A stretch of 64,000 nt of DNA from an uncultured Actinomycetes bacterium (GTDB lineage Bacteria > Actinomycetota > Acidimicrobiia > Acidimicrobiales > SZUA-35): the NCBI GenBank assembly GCA_902826025.1, contig CADEDH010000002.1:51487-115486 (forward strand), read 5' to 3'. The notes beneath the pieces are model-generated. The model was not told the DNA's origin. It did no database searches and saw nothing but the letters and a program-made list of their open reading frames with translations. Made by a program: the position numbers and the translations under genes. Of this stretch, positions 30,408 to 39,850 are shown piece by piece. Each line of letters begins with the position of its first letter. Positions within the stretch are counted from its first letter, which is position 1.

Positions 30408-33116
30408 TCAGTCCTTGGCGTCGGCCCAGGTGTCACCGAAGGCCAGGTTGACCTCCAGCGGCACGGCCAGCTCGAACGCACCGTGCATTTCGGCCAGTAC
30501 CACCTCGGCCGCCTGGTCGGCCTCGGAGCCGGGCACCTCCAGGATGACCTCGTCGTGGACCTGCAGCACCACCCGGCTGGCCATGGCCTCGCGGGCCAGG
30601 CGCTGGTCGAGGCGGACGAGGGCCACCTTGAAGATGTCGGCCGCCAGGCCCTGGATGCCGGCGTTCATGGCCTGGCGCTCGCCCGCCTGGCGGACGCGGG
30701 GGTTGTCGCTCCGCAGCTCGGGAATGGCCCGCCGGCGGCCGAACAGGGTCTCGGTGTAGCCCCTGTTGCGGGCCTCGGTGACGGTGGCGTCCATGTAGGC
30801 CCGCACCGCCGGGAAGCTCTCGAAGTAGGCATCGAGGATCACCTGGGCCTCCCGCGTGGGGATGCCGAGGCGCTGGCCCAGTCCGAACGCCTCCATGCCG
30901 TAGGCCAGGCCGTACGACACCATCTTGGCCTTGCTCCGCTGCTCGAAATCGACCTCCTCGGGGGCGACGCCGAACACCCTGGCCGCCGTGGTGCGGTGCA
31001 CGTCGGACCGGGTGGTGAAGGCCTCGATCAGGCCGGGATCGGCCGCCAGGTGGGCGATGCAACGCAGCTCGATCTGGTTGTAGTCGGCCACCAGGAACCG
31101 GTAGCCAGCGGCCGGCACGAACGCCTTGCGGAAGCTGCGGCCCAGCTCGGTGCGCACCGGGATGTTGTGCAGGTTCGGGTTCTCGCTCGACAGCCGGCCG
31201 GTACGGGCCACGGTCTGGTTGAACGTGGCGTGGATCCGCTCGTCGGCTCCCACCACCGACAGCAGCGACGCCCCGTAGGTGGAGCGCAGCTTTTCCACCT
31301 CCCGGTACCGCAGGAGATGCTCGATGATGGGGTGCTGGCCCACCAGCTTCTCCAGGGTCGCCTGGTCGGTGGAGAAGCCGGTCTTCGTCTTCTTCCCGGG
31401 GACCAGCTCCAGGCGGTCGAACAGGATCTCCCGCAGCTTCTTGGTGGAGTTCACGTTGAACTCCTCGCCGGCGTCGGCCTGGATGGCAGCCGACAGGGAT
31501 TCGGCCTCGGCCGTCATGTCGTTGTTCAGCGACTCCAGCTCGGCCCGGTCCACCGCCACCCCGAGGTGCTCCATGCGGGCCAGCACCCACACCAGCGGCA
31601 CCTCCACCGTGTCGTTGAGGACACTCAGGCCGTCGGCCTCCAGAGCGGCGCCCAGGCTGTGGCCGAGGTGGGCGGCGGCCAGGGCGGCCCGGGCCGTGCG
31701 CTCGGGGTCTCCCCCGTCGGGCTGGCCGAAGTCGAGCTGACCGGTCGGGGCCCGTTCGTCGTCGGGCAGGCTGTAGGGCGTGTGGGCGGCCAGCAGTTCA
31801 TCGAGCGGGTAGGAGTTGCCGGCCGGATCGAGCAGGTAGGCGGCGAGCGACGTGTCGAGGCGGAGACCGGCCAGGTCCACACCGTGGGCCAGCAGGGCGC
31901 GGATGAGCGGCTTGGCGTCGTGGGCCACCACCCCAGGGCCGTCAGCGCCCAGCAGCCGGCCGAGGGCGGCGCCGATTGCCGGGTCGGCCAGGCCGGCCCG
32001 GTCGATCCACAGCACGGTGCCGGCCTCCTCGTCGGATACCAGGGCCAGACCGTCGAGGGCCACACCCTCGGGCGTGGGGGCGGCGATCACGGCGTCGAGG
32101 GCGCCGGCCACGCCCACCCACCGGCCGGCCGACCGCGCTGCGGCGGCGAGGGCGTCGACGGCGTCGGCCGCGGCCTGGGGGGAGGCCGGCCGGCTCACCG
32201 CCACCTCGAGGGCCACGCTCTCGGCCCGGGCGGCGGTGTGGGGGGCGAAGGCATCCTGGAGGCGGTCGAACAGCGACCGGAACTCGAGGAAGTCGAACAG
32301 CTTGCGTACCTCGTCGACGTCGTAGGGTTCGATGCCCACCAGCTCGGCCGGGCCGACCTCCAGATGCACGTCACGCACGAGCTCCATCACCACAGTGTTG
32401 ACCCGCACCTCGGTCTCGTGCGCCGCCAGGTTCTCCCGCAGCTTCGGGGTCTGGTCGGCCAGGTTCTCGTACAGGCCGTCGATGCCGCCGTAGGTGGTGA
32501 TCAGCTTGGCCGCCGTCTTCTCCCCCACCCCGGGCACGCCGGGCAGGTTGTCGGAGGTGTCGCCCCGCAGGGCGGCGTACTGCACGTACTGATCGGGGCG
32601 GACGCCGGTGCGCTCCACGATCCCGGCCTCGTCGTAGAGGGCGTAGTCGCTGACCCCCCGCTTGTTGTACACGACCTTGATGTGGGGGTCCTGCACGAGC
32701 TGGAAGCTGTCGCGGTCGCCGGTGACGATCAGCACGTCGATTCCCTGATCGGCGGCCTGGGTGGCCAGGGTGGCCAGGATGTCGTCGGCCTCGTAGCCGG
32801 CCAGGTCGATCTGGGGCAGCCGGAGCACGTCGAGCACTTCGCGCACCAGCCCCATCTGCTGGCGCAGGGGCTCGGGGGCGGCCGACCGGTTGGCCTTGTA
32901 CGTGTCGAGTTGCTCGTGACGGAAGGTGGGCTCGGCCCGGTCGAAGGCCACCGCCACGCCGTCGGGCTGGTGGTCGCGCACCAGGTTGATGAGCATCGAG
33001 GTGAAGCCGTAGACGGCATTGGTGATCTGCCCGCTGGCGGTGGCCAGGTCGGGCGGCAGGGCGTGGAACGCCCGGTAGGTCAGCGAGTTGCCGTCGACGA
33101 GCATCAGCGTGGGCAT
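30408..33116 (-). CDS. polA: DNA polymerase I
   Basis: 902 aa. 5'-nuclease N-terminus (MLVDGNSLTYRAFHALP), polymerase motifs (LVADYNQIELRCIAHL, RSKAKMVSYGLAYG, VLQVHDEVILE). Confidence 0.97.
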   Translation of the reverse strand: MPTLMLVDGNSLTYRAFHALPPDLATASGQITNAVYGFTSMLINLVRDHQPDGVAVAFDRAEPTFRHEQLDTYKANRSAAPEPLRQQMGLVREVLDVLRLPQIDLAGYEADDILATLATQAADQGIDVLIVTGDRDSFQLVQDPHIKVVYNKRGVSDYALYDEAGIVERTGVRPDQYVQYAALRGDTSDNLPGVPGVGEKTAAKLITTYGGIDGLYENLADQTPKLRENLAAHETEVRVNTVVMELVRDVHLEVGPAELVGIEPYDVDEVRKLFDFLEFRSLFDRLQDAFAPHTAARAESVALEVAVSRPASPQAAADAVDALAAAARSAGRWVGVAGALDAVIAAPTPEGVALDGLALVSDEEAGTVLWIDRAGLADPAIGAALGRLLGADGPGVVAHDAKPLIRALLAHGVDLAGLRLDTSLAAYLLDPAGNSYPLDELLAAHTPYSLPDDERAPTGQLDFGQPDGGDPERTARAALAAAHLGHSLGAALEADGLSVLNDTVEVPLVWVLARMEHLGVAVDRAELESLNNDMTAEAESLSAAIQADAGEEFNVNSTKKLREILFDRLELVPGKKTKTGFSTDQATLEKLVGQHPIIEHLLRYREVEKLRSTYGASLLSVVGADERIHATFNQTVARTGRLSSENPNLHNIPVRTELGRSFRKAFVPAAGYRFLVADYNQIELRCIAHLAADPGLIEAFTTRSDVHRTTAARVFGVAPEEVDFEQRSKAKMVSYGLAYGMEAFGLGQRLGIPTREAQVILDAYFESFPAVRAYMDATVTEARNRGYTETLFGRRRAIPELRSDNPRVRQAGERQAMNAGIQGLAADIFKVALVRLDQRLAREAMASRVVLQVHDEVILEVPGSEADQAAEVVLAEMHGAFELAVPLEVNLAFGDTWADAKD

Positions 33117-33151
33117 CGAATCGATCCTACGGCCCCGGCTAGCGTGGCCCG

Positions 33152-34201
33152 ATGCCTTCTGAGTTGACGGCGCTTCCCATCCTGCCCACCGCCGTTGTGG
33201 GCAGCCACCCCCAGCCCGGCTGGTTGATCGATCGGGACCGCCTGACCGGTCACGTGCCCCGGGCCCGGGCCGAGGATCTGTGGCGGATACCGGCCGGCCC
33301 CCAGCGCGACGAGGCCCAGGACGACGCCGCCGTGCTGGCGGTGCGGGACATGGAGGGGGCCGGGATCGACGTGGTGACCGACGGCGAGGTGAGACGGGAG
33401 AGCTACTCGAATCACCTGCTGGGCGGACTCGACGGGGTGGATCTCGACAACCCGGCCACGATCCGGGCCCGGGGAGGGTTCACCATCCCCGTGCCCCGCA
33501 TCGTGGGCCCGATCCGGCGAACCGGAGAGGTGGAGCTCGGCGCCCTGCGCCATCTGCTGACCACGACCGACCGGGTGGCCAAGATGACGCTCCCCGGGCC
33601 GTTCACCCTGGGCCAGCAGGCGGTCGACGAGCACTACGGCGACCCCGAGGCACTGGCCATGGCCTTCGCCGAGGCGGTGAACGCCGAGGCGCGGGCCCTG
33701 GAGGCGGCAGGCGCTCAGGTCATCCAGATCGACGAGCCCTGGCTGCGGAACGATCCGGCGGGGGCCGAGCGCTACGCCGTGCCCGTGATCAACCGCGCCC
33801 TGGAGGGCCTGTCGGCCCGCACCGTGGTGCACCTGTGCTTCGGCTACGCCGCCGTGGTGCCGGCCGACAAGCCGAACGCCTACGCCTTCCTGGCCCCGCT
33901 GGCCGACAGCACGGTCGACGAGATCTCCATCGAGGCCGCCCAACCGCGGCTCGACCTGGGTGTCCTGGCCGATCTCGCCCCCAAGCGGGTGTCGCTGGGC
34001 GTGATCGACCTGCGCGAAGGGGCCGACAACACCGTGCCCACCGTGGCCGACCGCCTCCGGGCCGGGCTGCGCCACCTGCCGACCGACCGCCTCGTGGCCT
34101 CCCCCGACTGCGGCATGAAATACCTCACCCGGGCCGACGCCCGATCGAAGCTGGCCGCCCTGGCCGAAGCCGCAGCGGTGGTCCGCTCCGAGTTGACCTG
34201 A
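33152..34201 (+). CDS. Cobalamin-independent methionine synthase family protein (MetE C-terminal-domain-only type)
   Basis: LPTAVVGSHPQPGWL, DGEVRRESY, zinc ligands VVHLCFGYA and SPDCGMKYL. Confidence 0.8.
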   Translation: MPSELTALPILPTAVVGSHPQPGWLIDRDRLTGHVPRARAEDLWRIPAGPQRDEAQDDAAVLAVRDMEGAGIDVVTDGEVRRESYSNHLLGGLDGVDLDNPATIRARGGFTIPVPRIVGPIRRTGEVELGALRHLLTTTDRVAKMTLPGPFTLGQQAVDEHYGDPEALAMAFAEAVNAEARALEAAGAQVIQIDEPWLRNDPAGAERYAVPVINRALEGLSARTVVHLCFGYAAVVPADKPNAYAFLAPLADSTVDEISIEAAQPRLDLGVLADLAPKRVSLGVIDLREGADNTVPTVADRLRAGLRHLPTDRLVASPDCGMKYLTRADARSKLAALAEAAAVVRSELT

Positions 34202-34234
34202 CGATGCGCCCCGGACCCGTTCGGGCAGGGGGGC

Positions 34235-34852
34235 TCAGGGGGTGAGCTCGCCGTCCAACACGGCCTGGGAGATCTGCTTCATCGACGTGCGGCGCGACAT
34301 CGCCGTCTGCTGGATGAAGCGGAAGGCAGCCTGCTCCGACAGCCCGTGATTGTCCTGCAGGCGGCCCTTGGCCCGGTCGATGACCTTGCGGGTCTCCAGC
34401 CGGTCCGACAGCGACTCGGCCTCCTTGGCCAGCACCATCTGGTCGCGGAAGCGGGCCACCGCGATCTCGATGGCGGGGGCCAGATCCTCCCGCTGGAACG
34501 GCTTGAGCAGGTACGACATGGCGCCGGCGTCTCGCGCCTGCTCCACCAGCTCCCGCTGGGAATAGGCGGTGAGGATGACCACGGCGGCCAACCGGTCGGC
34601 CACGATCTCCCGGGCCGCGGTGAGCCCGTCGACGCCTGGCATCATCACGTCGAGGATGGCCACATCGGGCTTGGTCTCGCGGATGATCGCCAGCGCCTCG
34701 GCACCGTCTCCGGCTTCGCCCACGACCTCGTAACCCTCTTCGATCAGGCATTCCCGCAGGTCGAGGCGGATCAGGGCTTCGTCTTCGGCCAGCACGACCC
34801 GGGTTGGGGTGCCACCACCCGGCCCGCCGTCCGGTGCCGCCGCCGCCGTCAC
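34235..34852 (-). CDS. pdtaR: Response regulator with ANTAR RNA-binding output domain (PdtaR-like)
   Basis: RVVLAEDEALIRLDL, DVAILDVMMPGVDG and ANTAR (RKVIDRAKGRLQDNHGLSEQAAFRFIQQTAMSRRTSM). The GTG at 34852 overlaps the upstream stop. Confidence 0.85.
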   Translation of the reverse strand: MTAAAAPDGGPGGGTPTRVVLAEDEALIRLDLRECLIEEGYEVVGEAGDGAEALAIIRETKPDVAILDVMMPGVDGLTAAREIVADRLAAVVILTAYSQRELVEQARDAGAMSYLLKPFQREDLAPAIEIAVARFRDQMVLAKEAESLSDRLETRKVIDRAKGRLQDNHGLSEQAAFRFIQQTAMSRRTSMKQISQAVLDGELTP

Positions 34853-35142
34853 GACCGCACGCTCGTGAGCTGGTCGAGCAGGGCGTCCTGCTTCGACTCG
34901 AGCTTGGCCATCCGTTTGAGCCGCGCCTCCCGGTCCCGCCGGAGCGCGGTGACCGCCTTGGCTGCCTCCCGGTGCTCGCTCTCGGCCAGCGGGGTCTCCG
35001 ACACCAGCGACCGCAGGCGGGCCTCGTCGGCCTCGTCGGTGAAGTGCTGCAACTGCTCGTCCAGCACCTTCAGCTCGTCACGGGCGACGCGCAACTCGGC
35101 GGTGATGTCGGTGAGGCGTCGTTCGATGGAGGCACGCGACAT
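34849..35142 (-). CDS. 97-aa coiled-coil protein, function unknown
   Basis: The heptad-like charged sequence (LTDITAELRVARDELKVLDEQLQHFTDEADEARLR...) is translationally coupled (GTGA) to pdtaR. No family was recognised. Confidence 0.5.
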   Translation of the reverse strand: MSRASIERRLTDITAELRVARDELKVLDEQLQHFTDEADEARLRSLVSETPLAESEHREAAKAVTALRRDREARLKRMAKLESKQDALLDQLTSVRS

Positions 35143-35216
35143 CCGTTGCTCTCTCCGTGGGGGTCTGTGCTGTCAGTGCTGTCAGTGCTGTATCTGGTCT
35201 ATTGGGTTCTACTGGG

Positions 35217-35299
35217 TGCCCGGGGTGGGAGTCGAACCCACACGCCCTTTCGGACAGCGGATTTTGAGTCCGCCGCGTCTGCCATTCCGCCACCCGGGC
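35217..35299 (-). tRNA. tRNA-Leu (anticodon CAA), type II with long variable arm
   Basis: Minus-strand read: gcccgggtggcggaatggcagacgcggcggactCAAaatccgctgtccgaaagggcgtgtgggttcgactcccaccccgggca. 7-bp acceptor stem, GTTCGA T-loop, no encoded CCA. Confidence 0.9.
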
Positions 35300-35387
35300 G
35301 GGCGATTCATCCTAGCGGGCCGACGACCCCCGAACAGGTTCCAGAGGACATGAAACCTTCCGGGGGCCGCCCGGGTCAGAAGAGGCG

Positions 35388-36587
35388 ATGACCACCGTGA
35401 TGATTGCCTTCACCTTCCCCGGCCAGGGTTCACAGGCCCCCGGGATGGGCGAGGCCTGGATCGAACATCCGTCCTGGGAGCTGGTGAGCGAGGCGTCGGA
35501 AGCCTCCGAGCGCGACGTGGAGCACCTCCTGCTCCGGGCCGACGCCGAGGAACTCCGCCAGACCCGCAACTCCCAGCTCGCCACCTACGTGCTGTCGATG
35601 GTGGTGCTCGATGCGGTGGAGCGCACCGGCGTGGAGCCGGCGTTCTTCGCCGGCCACAGCCTGGGTGAGTATTCGGCTCTCACCGCCGCCGGCGTGCTCA
35701 GCTTCTCCGACGGCGTCCGCCTGGTCACCGAGCGGGGCGACGCCATGCAGGCGGCGGCCGAGGCAGCCACCGGCACCATGGCCGCCGTGCTCGGCCTCGA
35801 CGACGACAAGGTAGACCTGGCCTGCCGTCGTACCGACGGCGACGTGTGGGTGGCCAACTACAACGCACCGGGCCAGGTGGTCATCGCCGGCGACCCGGCC
35901 GCCATCGATCTGGCGGCCGAGGCGGCCAAGGAGCTGGGAGCCAAGCGGGTCATGCCGATCAAGGTCGGCGGCGCCTTCCACACCCCGTTCATGTCGCCGG
36001 CCCGGGACCGGCTGCGCAAGGCCCTGGCCGACGTCGAGCTGCGGCCGGCCAGCAACCCCGTGTTCGCCAACATCGACGCCCTCCCCCACACCGAGGGCGA
36101 GATCTGGTCGAGCCTGCTCGGAGCCCAGCTCACGGCCCCCGTCCAATGGCGCCAGACGCTCCACGCCCTGCGTGACGCCGGTGCCACCGTGCTGCTGGAA
36201 CTGGGTCCCGGCACGGTGCTCACCGGGATGGCCAAGCGGACCATCCAGGGCACCACCAACCTGAGCATCGGGTCACCTTCCGAGGTCGACAGCCTGCTCG
36301 AGTCGCTGGCTCATGCCTCGGAGGGAGGATCAGCCGTTCTCGAAGGCGAGACCCTGCACGCCGTGGAGCGGCTGGTGGTCAGCCCGGCCACCGGCGTGTT
36401 CACCCCCCGGGCCGGCCTCGTGGAAGGAACACCGGTGTCGCGGGGCGAGGTGGTCGGCCTGGTGGGATCGGCCGAGGTGCGATCGGCGTTCGCCGGCCTG
36501 CTCCAGGGCATGCTGGCACTCACTGGAGAACGAGTGACCACGTCCCAGCCACTGGCCTGGCTGCGGACCGACTCGATAGGAGCCTGA
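35388..36587 (+). CDS. fabD: Malonyl-CoA:ACP transacylase with ~90-aa C-terminal biotinyl/lipoyl-like (hybrid-barrel) extension
   Basis: FTFPGQGSQAPGMG, FAGHSLGEYSALTAAG and GAFHTPFM. The extension is LVVSPATGVFTP...GTPVSRGEVVGLVGSAEVRSAFAGLLQGMLALTGERVTTSQPLAWL. Confidence 0.9.
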   Translation: MTTVMIAFTFPGQGSQAPGMGEAWIEHPSWELVSEASEASERDVEHLLLRADAEELRQTRNSQLATYVLSMVVLDAVERTGVEPAFFAGHSLGEYSALTAAGVLSFSDGVRLVTERGDAMQAAAEAATGTMAAVLGLDDDKVDLACRRTDGDVWVANYNAPGQVVIAGDPAAIDLAAEAAKELGAKRVMPIKVGGAFHTPFMSPARDRLRKALADVELRPASNPVFANIDALPHTEGEIWSSLLGAQLTAPVQWRQTLHALRDAGATVLLELGPGTVLTGMAKRTIQGTTNLSIGSPSEVDSLLESLAHASEGGSAVLEGETLHAVERLVVSPATGVFTPRAGLVEGTPVSRGEVVGLVGSAEVRSAFAGLLQGMLALTGERVTTSQPLAWLRTDSIGA

Positions 36588-36588
36588 C

Positions 36589-37521
36589 ATGACCGCCTGG
36601 GGATTCAAGCTGACCGGCGTCGGCTCCGCCCTGCCCGAGAAGGTCCTGTCGAACCAGGACCTGACGGCCTGGATGGACACCACCGACGAGTGGATCCGGG
36701 AGCGCACCGGCATCAGCGAGCGCCGGATCGGCGGCTCCACCTCGGGCCTGGCCACGCAGGCCGCTCAGCGGGCGCTCGACGCCGCGGGTGTCAGCCCCAG
36801 CTCGATCGACACGGTGATCCTGGCCACCACCAGTCCCGACCACATCTGCCCCGGTACTGCGCCGGCGGTGGCCCGTGAGCTCGGTCTGGAGTGCGGGGCC
36901 TTCGATCTGCAGGCCGCCTGCTCGGGCTGGGTCTACGGCCTCGTGGTGGCGAACGGCCTCATGCTCCAGGGCATGAACCGGGTGCTGGTGATCGGGGCCG
37001 AGAGCCTCGACCGAATCACCGACTACCACGACCGCGGTACCGGCATCCTGTTCGGCAACGGGGCCGGAGCGGCGGTGGTTGAACGCGACGACTCCGGTGC
37101 CGGCCAGCTCCTGGGCTGGGATCTCGGCGCCAACGGCAACTGGGTGCACATCCTCTACGCCGATCACGGCGACACGCTGAAGATGGACGGCAAAGAGGTC
37201 TATCGCCAGGCAGTCATCGCCATTCAGCGGACGGTGCAGGCCACGCTGGACCGGGCCGGGCTCACGGTGGCCGACGTCGACATCGTCATCCCCCACCAGG
37301 CCAACGTCCGCATCGTGGAAGCGGCCTGGAAGAAGGTCGGCTTCACCATGGACCAGACGGTGATGATCCTGGAGCGCACCGGCAACACGTCGGCCGCGTC
37401 GATCCCCCTGGCCCTCGACGACGCCCTCCGCCACGGCCGGATCGAGCCCGGCAATCTCGTGCTGTTCGTGGGCTTCGGGGCCGGCATGACCTGGGCCAGC
37501 GCGCTGGTCCGCTGGGCCTGA
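36589..37521 (+). CDS. fabH: 3-oxoacyl-ACP synthase III
   Basis: AACSGWVYGL (active Cys), IPHQANVRI and GNTSAASIPLAL. Confidence 0.92.
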   Translation: MTAWGFKLTGVGSALPEKVLSNQDLTAWMDTTDEWIRERTGISERRIGGSTSGLATQAAQRALDAAGVSPSSIDTVILATTSPDHICPGTAPAVARELGLECGAFDLQAACSGWVYGLVVANGLMLQGMNRVLVIGAESLDRITDYHDRGTGILFGNGAGAAVVERDDSGAGQLLGWDLGANGNWVHILYADHGDTLKMDGKEVYRQAVIAIQRTVQATLDRAGLTVADVDIVIPHQANVRIVEAAWKKVGFTMDQTVMILERTGNTSAASIPLALDDALRHGRIEPGNLVLFVGFGAGMTWASALVRWA

Positions 37522-37532
37522 GGCCTTGATCC

Positions 37533-38288
37533 GTGGCTGACACCGAGCACGGGAGCGCGGCCATCGGGCCCGACATCGGGCGGGTGGCCTTCGTCACCGG
37601 CGGCAGCCGGGGCATCGGCCTGGCCTGCGCCCGCCGGCTGGCGGCAGCCGGTCACAAGGTGGCCATCGGCTCCCGGTCCAAACCCGACGGGCTCGACCCC
37701 GGTCTGCTGTGGGTGGAGTGCGACACCACCGACACGGCATCGGTGGAGGCGGCCTTCGACACGATCGAGGCCGAGCTGGGCGGCCCGGTGCAGATCCTGG
37801 TGGCCAATGCTGGCATCACCCGTGATCTGTTGGTGCTGCGCATGACGGATGACGACTTCACCTCCGTGGTGGACGCCAACCTCACCGGTGCCTTCCGCAC
37901 CGCTCGCCGGGCTGTGAAATCGATGATGCGGGCCCGCTGGGGTCGCATCGTGTTCGTCTCGTCGGTGGTGGGCTCGCTGGGCCAGGCCGGCCAGGCCAAC
38001 TACGCCGCCTCCAAGGCCGGGCTGGCCGGACTGGGCCGCTCACTGGCCCGGGAGTTCGCCAGCCGGGGCATCACCGTGAACCTGGTGGCCCCCGGCCCTA
38101 TCGACACCGACATGCTGGCCGCCCTCGGCCCCAAGGCGGTGGACGCCATGGTGGCCCAGGTGCCGGTGGGCCGGGTCGGCACCCCCGAGGAGGTGGCGGC
38201 CGCTGTCGGCTTCCTCACCTCCGACGCCGCCGGCTTCGTCACCGGCACCGTTCTGAACGTCGACGGCGGCCTGGCCATGGGCGCCTGA
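37533..38288 (+). CDS. fabG: 3-oxoacyl-ACP reductase (SDR)
   Basis: AFVTGGSRGIGLA, NAGITRD, NYAASKAGLAG and PGPIDTDM. Confidence 0.9.
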   Translation: MADTEHGSAAIGPDIGRVAFVTGGSRGIGLACARRLAAAGHKVAIGSRSKPDGLDPGLLWVECDTTDTASVEAAFDTIEAELGGPVQILVANAGITRDLLVLRMTDDDFTSVVDANLTGAFRTARRAVKSMMRARWGRIVFVSSVVGSLGQAGQANYAASKAGLAGLGRSLAREFASRGITVNLVAPGPIDTDMLAALGPKAVDAMVAQVPVGRVGTPEEVAAAVGFLTSDAAGFVTGTVLNVDGGLAMGA

Positions 38289-38368
38289 ACCCCGGCAGTC
38301 AGCTGACGCCGGCACCGTTACCCTGAAAAGCGCCAACATCTGTTGGACGGTCGAGGAGGACCACACAA

Positions 38369-38608
38369 GTGACTGATGATCAGAAGTTCGAGGCCTTCAA
38401 GAAGTGCGCGGTCGAGGTGCTCTCGGTCGATGCCGCCCAGGTCACCCGCGAGGCCCGGTTCGCCGAGGATCTCGACGCCGACAGCCTCGACCTGGTCGAG
38501 CTGGTGATGGCCCTCGAAGAGGAGTTCGGCGTGTCGGTGGAGGAAGAGGAGCTGGAGGGCATCGAGACCGTCGGCGCCGCCTACGACCTGGTCGTCGGGA
38601 AGATCTGA
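38369..38608 (+). CDS. acpP: Acyl carrier protein
   Basis: 79 aa with the phosphopantetheine site [22 protein letters not shown]. Confidence 0.92.
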   Translation: MTDDQKFEAFKKCAVEVLSVDAAQVTREARFAEDLDADSLDLVELVMALEEEFGVSVEEEELEGIETVGAAYDLVVGKI

Positions 38609-39792
38609 TGCCGGCGCCGACCGTCGCAATCACCGGCATCGGCGTGGTTGCCCCTTGCGGCGTCGGTACCGAGGCGTTCTGGCGGGGCCTGCTGGCTCCT
38701 GCCCCCGACGGGGTGAAGCGCCAGGTTCCCGACTGGGACCCGTCGCCGTGGTTCGCCAGCCCCAAAGAGGCCCGTCGAGCCGACCCCTTCACCCAGTACG
38801 CCCTGGCGGCATCGGCCATGGCGCTCGAGCAGGCCGGTGAGCTCGACGCCGATCCGTCCCGCATCGGGGTGCTCGTGGGTACCGGCATCGGTGGCATCAC
38901 CACCAACGAGGAGCAGATCGTCATCCGCCACGAGAAGGGCGACCGTCGTGTGTCGCCGTTCCTGGTGCCGATGATGATGCCCAACGCGGCAGCCGCCGCA
39001 GTATCGATGCGCTACGGCTTTCAGGGCCCGTGCGAGGCCACGGTGACGGCGTGTGCCGCCGGCACCCACTCCATCGGCAACGCGCTGCGGCTGATCACCT
39101 CAGGCCGGTGCGACGCCGTGTTGTGCGGGGGCAGCGAGTCGCCCCTCACACCCACCTCGCTGGCCGGGTTCGGCAACATGACGGCGCTGTCGTCGAGCGG
39201 CCGTTCGATGCCGTTCGACGAGCGACGTGACGGCTTCGTGATCGCCGAGGGCGCCGGCATCCTGGTGCTGGAGGATCTCGATCGGGCCCTGGCCCGGGGG
39301 GCCACCATCCTGGGCCTCATCCTGGGCGCGGCCAGCACAGCCGACGCCCACCACATCACGGCCCCCTCCCCCGGCGGCGGCGGTGCCGTGCGCTGTATGG
39401 AGCTGGCCATCGCCGACGCCGGCCTCAGCGCCGCCGACATCGTGCACGTCAACGCCCACGGCACCTCCACGCCGCTCAACGACGCGGCCGAGGCCGAAGC
39501 GTTGGCCAAGGTGTTCGGCACACCGGGCCCCATCGTCACCTCCACCAAAGGGGTCACCGGACACGCCCTGGGGGCGGCCGGTGCTCTGGAAGCGGTGGCC
39601 ACCGTGCTGGCCATCAAGCATGAGATCATCCCCCCCACGTTCGGCCTGGAGCGTCTCGACCCCGAGATGCCCGCCATCGACGTGGTGATGCACGAGCCTC
39701 GCCCCTGGACCCCGGGCCCGTCGCTGTCGAACAGCTTCGGCTTCGGCGGTCACAACGGGTCGATCGTCATCGCTCCGCCGCCCGCAGCCTGA
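38608..39792 (+). CDS. fabF: 3-oxoacyl-ACP synthase II
   Basis: The ATG at 38608 overlaps the acpP stop (TGATG). VAITGIGVVAPCG, TACAAGTHSIG, NAHGTSTP and GFGGHNGS. Confidence 0.92.
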   Translation: MPAPTVAITGIGVVAPCGVGTEAFWRGLLAPAPDGVKRQVPDWDPSPWFASPKEARRADPFTQYALAASAMALEQAGELDADPSRIGVLVGTGIGGITTNEEQIVIRHEKGDRRVSPFLVPMMMPNAAAAAVSMRYGFQGPCEATVTACAAGTHSIGNALRLITSGRCDAVLCGGSESPLTPTSLAGFGNMTALSSSGRSMPFDERRDGFVIAEGAGILVLEDLDRALARGATILGLILGAASTADAHHITAPSPGGGGAVRCMELAIADAGLSAADIVHVNAHGTSTPLNDAAEAEALAKVFGTPGPIVTSTKGVTGHALGAAGALEAVATVLAIKHEIIPPTFGLERLDPEMPAIDVVMHEPRPWTPGPSLSNSFGFGGHNGSIVIAPPPAA

Positions 39793-39798
39793 TCCGAG

Positions 39799-39827
39799 CC
39801 GGCCCGGGTACTTGGTACCCGGGCCGG
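39799..39827. terminator. Perfect 13-bp palindromic hairpin after fabF (no T-tract)
   Basis: ccggcccgggtac-ttg-gtacccgggccgg. Confidence 0.45.
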
Positions 39828-39850
39828 GGTCAGCCGTAAGATCCGAACTC

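Noticed and set aside
33117-33151. Riboswitch (B12 or SAM) upstream of the MetE-like gene
   Set aside because: Only 35 nt separate the divergent polA and MetE-like start codons, which is far too short for any known riboswitch aptamer.
30483-33167. 894-aa + strand ORF antisense to polA. Similar antisense ORFs cover uvrA (8459-10291, 8938-10359), leuA (44149-45780), uvrB (12980-14209), tadA (22754-24268) and trpB (52706-54535).
   Set aside because: Each mirrors a gene with unmistakable conserved motifs on the other strand. Their translations are low-complexity (G/H/L/V/D/R-rich) and lack motifs. These are GC-driven shadow ORFs.
35143-35387. tRNA-Leu as an integration site for a mobile element
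   Set aside because: No integrase, no duplicated tRNA 3' fragment and no compositional break. The flanking genes (pdtaR, fab operon) are core housekeeping genes. A short gctgtcagt duplication at ~35170-35190 is too small to be an att site.
39812-39850. Track start codon of the MFS transporter at 39812
   Set aside because: That ATG-equivalent lies inside the perfect 13-bp fabF-distal hairpin (39799-39827). The first 13 residues are not part of a TM segment. The in-frame GTG at 39851 was preferred but remains uncertain.
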